Part shown: positions 58,756 to 64,000 of the stretch, piece by piece | Layout of the letters: each line of letters opens with the position of its first letter | Numbering within the stretch: position 1 is the first letter of the stretch | Origin: Octopus vulgaris | Lineage: Eukaryota | DNA: 64,000 nt | Reading direction: 5' to 3' | NCBI GenBank assembly: GCA_951406725.2 | Contig: OX597834.1 | Coordinates: 26,102,001 to 26,166,000 of the forward strand | Translations under genes and position numbers: made by a program | Notes under the pieces: generated by a model | The model's database searches: none | Told to the model about the DNA's origin: nothing | What the model saw: only the letters and a program-made list of their open reading frames with translations

Positions 58756-59270
58756 AATATACATCAATGTATAGTCTTTTCTCTCAACTAATATATATGT
58801 ATGTATATATATATATATATATATATATAATGTATAATATACATCTATGTATAGTCTTTTCTCTCAACTAATATATATGTATGTATATATATATATATAT
58901 ATATAATGTATAATATACATCTATGTATAGTCTTTTCTCTCAACTAATATATATGTATGTATATATATGTATATATATATAATGTATAATATACATCTAT
59001 GTATAGTCTTTTCTCTCAACTAATATGTATATATATATATATACACATGTATATAATGTATAATATACATCTATAGTCTTTTCTCTCAACTAATATGTAT
59101 GTATGTATATATATATATAATGTATAATATACATCTATGTATAGTCTTTTCTCTCAACTAATATATATGTATGTATATATATGTATATATACATATACAT
59201 ATATATATATACATCTATGTATAGTCTTTTCTCTCAACTAATATATATGTATGTATATATATATATATAC
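58645..59270. repeat. AT-rich minisatellite, unit about 60 bp, about 8 copies
   Basis: Recurring TATACATCTATGTATAGTCTTTTCTCTCAACTAATAT. Confidence 0.92.
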
Positions 59271-59854
59271 CTGTTATTTGAAGTATTTGAACTGATAACG
59301 TATTTTCAGATAATTTCTTTTAAGTTCTTATTACCTTTTAAAAGACTGCTGTTTGTAACAATACTTGTTTGCCCTCCTTTTTTGCGCGTGTGTATAAAAA
59401 TATATATTATATATATATATATATATATGTGTGTATGTATGTGTGTTTGTGTAAATATATAGCTATGCAACTAATATATATATATATATTATATAGTTAT
59501 TGTAAAAATTGCAAGTACAGCAAGACTAAAACTCCGAGTAGGGATGGCGTGGGTTATTATCTTTAAAAGAAATTCACATATATCCTAACACTTAGACTTA
59601 ATTCTCCTTTTTTTTCACTCACACACACGGTATTTGTGGTCAACTTGTTGAGAAAGATCATTTACTGACGATGTGACTTTTCTATATTTAAATAGTGAAA
59701 TATACTGATAATATTGATTGATTGAGTCCTCAGGTATCGCCCTTAATGGTTTATTCAACCAGGCGGAATTTTCGAATAGCTACCCCGTGCACACACATGT
59801 TTATATCTGTGTGTGTGTGTGTAGGTAAATGATAATAGAGAAGATTGTTGTAAA

Positions 59855-60237
59855 AATTATATACGTGTGTGTATGTGTGTATATATATATACATATAATA
59901 AAGAGGTGTTTGTATTATATGTATGTTTGAATATATATATATATATATATATATAGTAACAATTTAATAAATAAAACATATGCATACCTACATCTATGTG
60001 TATATATACATGCATATATGAGTACAGGACACCACAAATTATATACGTGTGTGTATGTGTGTATATATATAGATATACATATAATAAAGAGGTGTTTGTA
60101 TTATATGTATATTTGAATATATATATATAATGTATAGTAACAATTTAATAAATAAAACATATGCATACATACATATATGTACATACCTACATCTATATGT
60201 ATATACACATGCATATATGAGTACAGGACACCACAAA
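59855..60237. repeat. Tandem duplication, about 190 bp x2
   Basis: AAATTATATACGTGTG...GAGTACAGGACACCACAAAT twice. Confidence 0.85.
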
Positions 60238-60359
60238 TAAACGTAGAACACAACGAGAAACGAAAACATAAAATCAAACAAGGAAACGGACTTTTTTTAA
60301 CAACGAAAAAACAGATTACAAGACAAACAATACAAGGAATATAGGTACTTGTACCAGGA

Positions 60360-60402
<43 letters not shown>

Positions 60403-61619
60403 TATACATACACATGCGGGTCTTACACACACGCGCACACACGTGTGTATATGTTATTTTCCCCAGAATTTTCTATAGACGAAAACTGCTTGGAATTCTC
60501 GCATTACTTTTATTGCTCCCAGAATTTACCATTTATTACATTGGAATAGATGTCTTTTTTTTTTATCCTGTCTTCTCTTTGGGTCATCAAAAAAATTACA
60601 AGACATCCACAACAAAACCCCCCAGCTCTTTTGTTGAATTTAAATATATCCATGACGTAATTAGAATCCTCCCAATATAATACTAGTATCATCACTGTAT
60701 AGGCATTAACTGTGGTTGTGGTTGGTCATTAATTCAGCAGTGAATATTATTGAACATGTGCTTGTTGTTTCTCGCTGTACACCTTAGCAACTCACTCGTT
60801 GTTCCTAACCCACCACTAACAAACTCTGGCCGCTTAACAATTCTGGAATCTCTCTTGTTTTTAACCCTTTCATTACTGTATTTATTCTGAGATGCTCTGT
60901 GTTTCATTCAATTACTCTAAATATAACAAAGAATTTAGTAAAATAACTTAGTTTTTACTAAGCTAGTGTTAGGGAACATAAATTGTGACGAAGGTTTGGT
61001 GGAAGATTTTAATTCAAAACTTATGAAAACAAGACATTTGTACTCAGAGCTAGAGCCGGTTTTAGCCGGGTTGGTTCTGATTAAGGACTGATTTTGTTGT
61101 GGGTATATCTGCACAATTGTGCCCCACCACCCCCATCTGATCGACTTTGTTTCCTTATAACTTTCAGGAAATTGGATATTTTGAATAAAATTTTCTACAA
61201 TTAATTTTTTAGATTGTGTAGATTACTAATTATGTCGGAATTTAATGTGAAAGAAATTATTAGTAAGCGCGCGCACGCACACACACACACATACTGAAAT
61301 TTGAAATTTTGATAAAATGTAATGTGTGTCAGTATGTATGTGCGCTAACCAATTGTTTATTATTATTATTTCATATTAGATTCTGATATAATCGGAATCT
61401 ACGCAATCTGAAAGGAATCTGTAGAGAAGTTGAATAAGACAAATGTTTTTTTTCTACTACAAGTTATGAGGAAACAAAGTCGAATTGTGTGAATCGGAAA
61501 CTTCTCTATCCCAAAACTCGTGTAGGTTTACCGTGTTGCAAATAATATTATTTGTAACAATTGGGTACAAAAGAGCGGCAAAGTAGTTAGTCGACACCCT
61601 CGACCTTTGTATTTAACTC

Positions 61620-62003
61620 TCTTACTCTTTACTCTTTTACATGTTTCAGTCATTTGACTGCGACCATGCTGGAGCACCGCCTTTAGTCGAGCAACTCGAC
61701 CCCGGGACTTATTCTTTGTAAGCCCTGTACTTATTCTATCGGTCTCTTTTTGCCGAACCGCTAAGTGACGGGGACGTAAACACACCAGCATCGGTTGTCA
61801 AGCAATGCTAGGGGTACAAACACATACATATACATATATACGACAGGCTTCTTTCAGTTTCCATCTACCAAATCCACTCACAAGGCATTGGTCGGCCCGG
61901 GGCTATAGCAGAAGACACTTGCCCAAGGTGCCACGCAGTGGGACTGAACCCGGAACCATGTGGTTGGTTAGCAAGCTACTTACCACACAGCCACTCCTGC
62001 GCC
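61620..62003 (-). mobile_element. SINE family A
   Basis: Full-length copy. Confidence 0.88.
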
Positions 62004-62740
62004 TACTGGTACTTTATTTTATCGAAAAGATGGAAGTCAAGGTTGACCTCGGCGGGATTTTTAAACTCAAAACGGAAAGTCGGAACAAATATCGCACAAG
62101 GTATTTTTCCGACGCTAGAACGAGTCTGCCAGCTTGCAGCATCATTTATTTTTTGCTACATGCGCTATAATAATAATGATGATGATGATAACCTTTTCTT
62201 CTATACGCACAAGGCCTGGAACTTTTTGGGGAAGTGCAACTATTCGATTACATCGTTCCTGTATTCAACTTGGGTGAAAGTAAAGATATGTACACCCGGG
62301 TGTTTATAGTTATAGTTTTTGTTGCGCCGAAAACGGGTGGTGTACGTATTCTTTACCACCGCCCTCAACTTGTATGTATTTCATTGACCCTGAAAGGATG
62401 AAAGGCAAAGTCGACCTTGGCGGAACTTGGAACTCAGAACGTAAAGACAGACGAAATACCATTTTTTTTTTGCCAGTTAGCCTCCAATAATCATAATTTC
62501 AAGTTTTGGCATAAACCTAGCGAGTTCGGGGGAGGAGTAAATCGATTACATCGATTCCAGTGTTCGAATGGTACTTCGAAAGGAAGAAAGGCATAGTTGA
62601 CCTCAGGGCCATTTGAACTAGGAGCGTAAATACTGATGAAATACTAATAAACATTTTGTCCAACGTGCTAGTTATCCTGCCAGCTTGCCAACAACAATAA
62701 TAATGATACCTAAACTAATTAATACATGGTAATGCTTAAA

Positions 62741-63081
62741 CGCGTGGCTCAGTGGTTACAGCGTCGAGTTTTACGATCGTGAGGTTGTGAGCTCGAATCC
62801 CGGACCGGGCTGCGTGTTGTGTTCTTGAGCAAGACACTTTATTTCACGTTGCTCCAGTTCACTCAGCTGTAGAAATGAGTTGCGACGTCACAGGTGTCAA
62901 GCTGTATCGGCCCTTGCCTTTCCCTTGGACAACATCGGTGACGTGGAGAGGGGAGACCGGTATGCATGGGCGACTGCTGGTCTTCCATAAAAAAAAAAAA
63001 ACAACCTTGCCCAGACTTGTGCCTCAGAGGGTAACTCTCTAGGTGTAAACCCATGGTCAGTGTCTGACCGAAGGGGGTCAT
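62741..63081 (+). mobile_element. tRNA-derived SINE, family D
   Basis: GTGGCTCAGTGGTT A-box, GCTCGAATCC B-box; flanked by direct repeat TAATGCTTAAAC (TSD). Confidence 0.85.
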
Positions 63082-64000
63082 CTAATGCTTAAACGAAAGA
63101 AAAGATTTGGTGTCATTTTTAACCTTTTAAGAGGTCTCTTTTTAGGTTCTACTACCTAAATGTGTATCTCTGTAATTACGAGAGCAAACAATAAGAACAT
63201 TGAGAGGAATAAAAATACAAAGCAAATTAGTAAACTAAGACATGCACACCTAATCAGAAAGAAACTAGTGGCTGCACTCAAAAAAATTTTTGAGACGTTT
63301 CCAAAACGTTTCTTAGAGCGAGTGCTTTGGTCATAATCAAGTTAGGAATATATATTTTTCTTTTTCTTTTCAAATTGCAAATGAAGGTGGGAAATTCAAA
63401 ATTTGTTGATGTTTTTTAAAGTCTCACTCTCTGATGTTTTTAAACCCTCACTCTCTGATCATCTGGTTTAGTTGACGTACTGGTGTTCCAACAGTGACCT
63501 TGCTCATTTTTTCTATAGGGTTATGATAACGGCATTTTTCTAATGTATCTTGTTTTAGTCATTGGACCGCGGCTATGCTGGGGCACTATCTAGTTGAACA
63601 AATTGACTCCAGTACTTAAGTTTGGTGCTTATTCTGTTTGATCGTTTTGCTGAACTGCTAAGTTAATATATATAAACAAACCAAATATATATATATGCGT
63701 CATCTGGGACACATACATATGCGACAGGCTTCTTTCAGTTTCCATCTAGCAAATCCATGCACTAGGCTTTGGTCAGCTTAGGGTTACAGCAGAAAATACT
63801 TGCCCAAGGTGCCATGCAATGGAACTGATTTGGAAGCAAACTTCTTACCACACAGCCATGTCTGTGTCTAGCATTCTAAGAAAGTAGTGTTTTTTTGAAA
63901 GAGATTTGATTTGGCTGTTATTTCTAGCAAGTTAACCATTTTAAGGCTTACTCTACTCTTTTACTTGTTTCAGTCAGTTGACTGCGGCCATGCTGGAGCA

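Noticed and set aside
58645-59270. Regularly spaced repeats resembling a CRISPR array
   Set aside because: The spacers are variable-length TA microsatellite rather than unique sequence; eukaryotic context; no cas genes.
60796-60842. Possible minus-strand mini-exon (IVKRPEFVSGGLGTT) with a GTGAG donor
   Set aside because: Purine-rich acceptor context, no partner exons, and no recognisable family.

Overview
AT-rich, repeat-dense eukaryotic genomic DNA. The SINE families, microsatellites and gene content point to an octopus or other coleoid cephalopod (inference). I reconstructed three spliced genes by hand. (1) A 12-exon ODR4 homolog on + (5339-25608, 457 aa), whose intron 4 looks like a minor-spliceosome (U12) intron. 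(2) A 4-exon gene on - (36446-29367, 251 aa) encoding a protein made almost entirely of three tandem MLLE/PABC domains (KITGILLE, KITGMLLE, KITGMLLE) with no RRM or HECT domain. This is the most unusual object in the window. (3) An ankyrin-repeat/SOCS-box (ASB-like) gene on + (probable start 40410, main exon 47211-48821, about 540 aa), with a long G:U-rich hairpin in its probable 3' UTR. The rest is four tRNA-derived SINE families, CR1, RTE, HERO-like and Penelope-like retroelement fragments, piggyBac-like, hAT-like and Merlin-like MITEs/foldbacks, a non-autonomous Helitron, and mini/microsatellites. Repeat boundaries are approximate unless a TSD is given.
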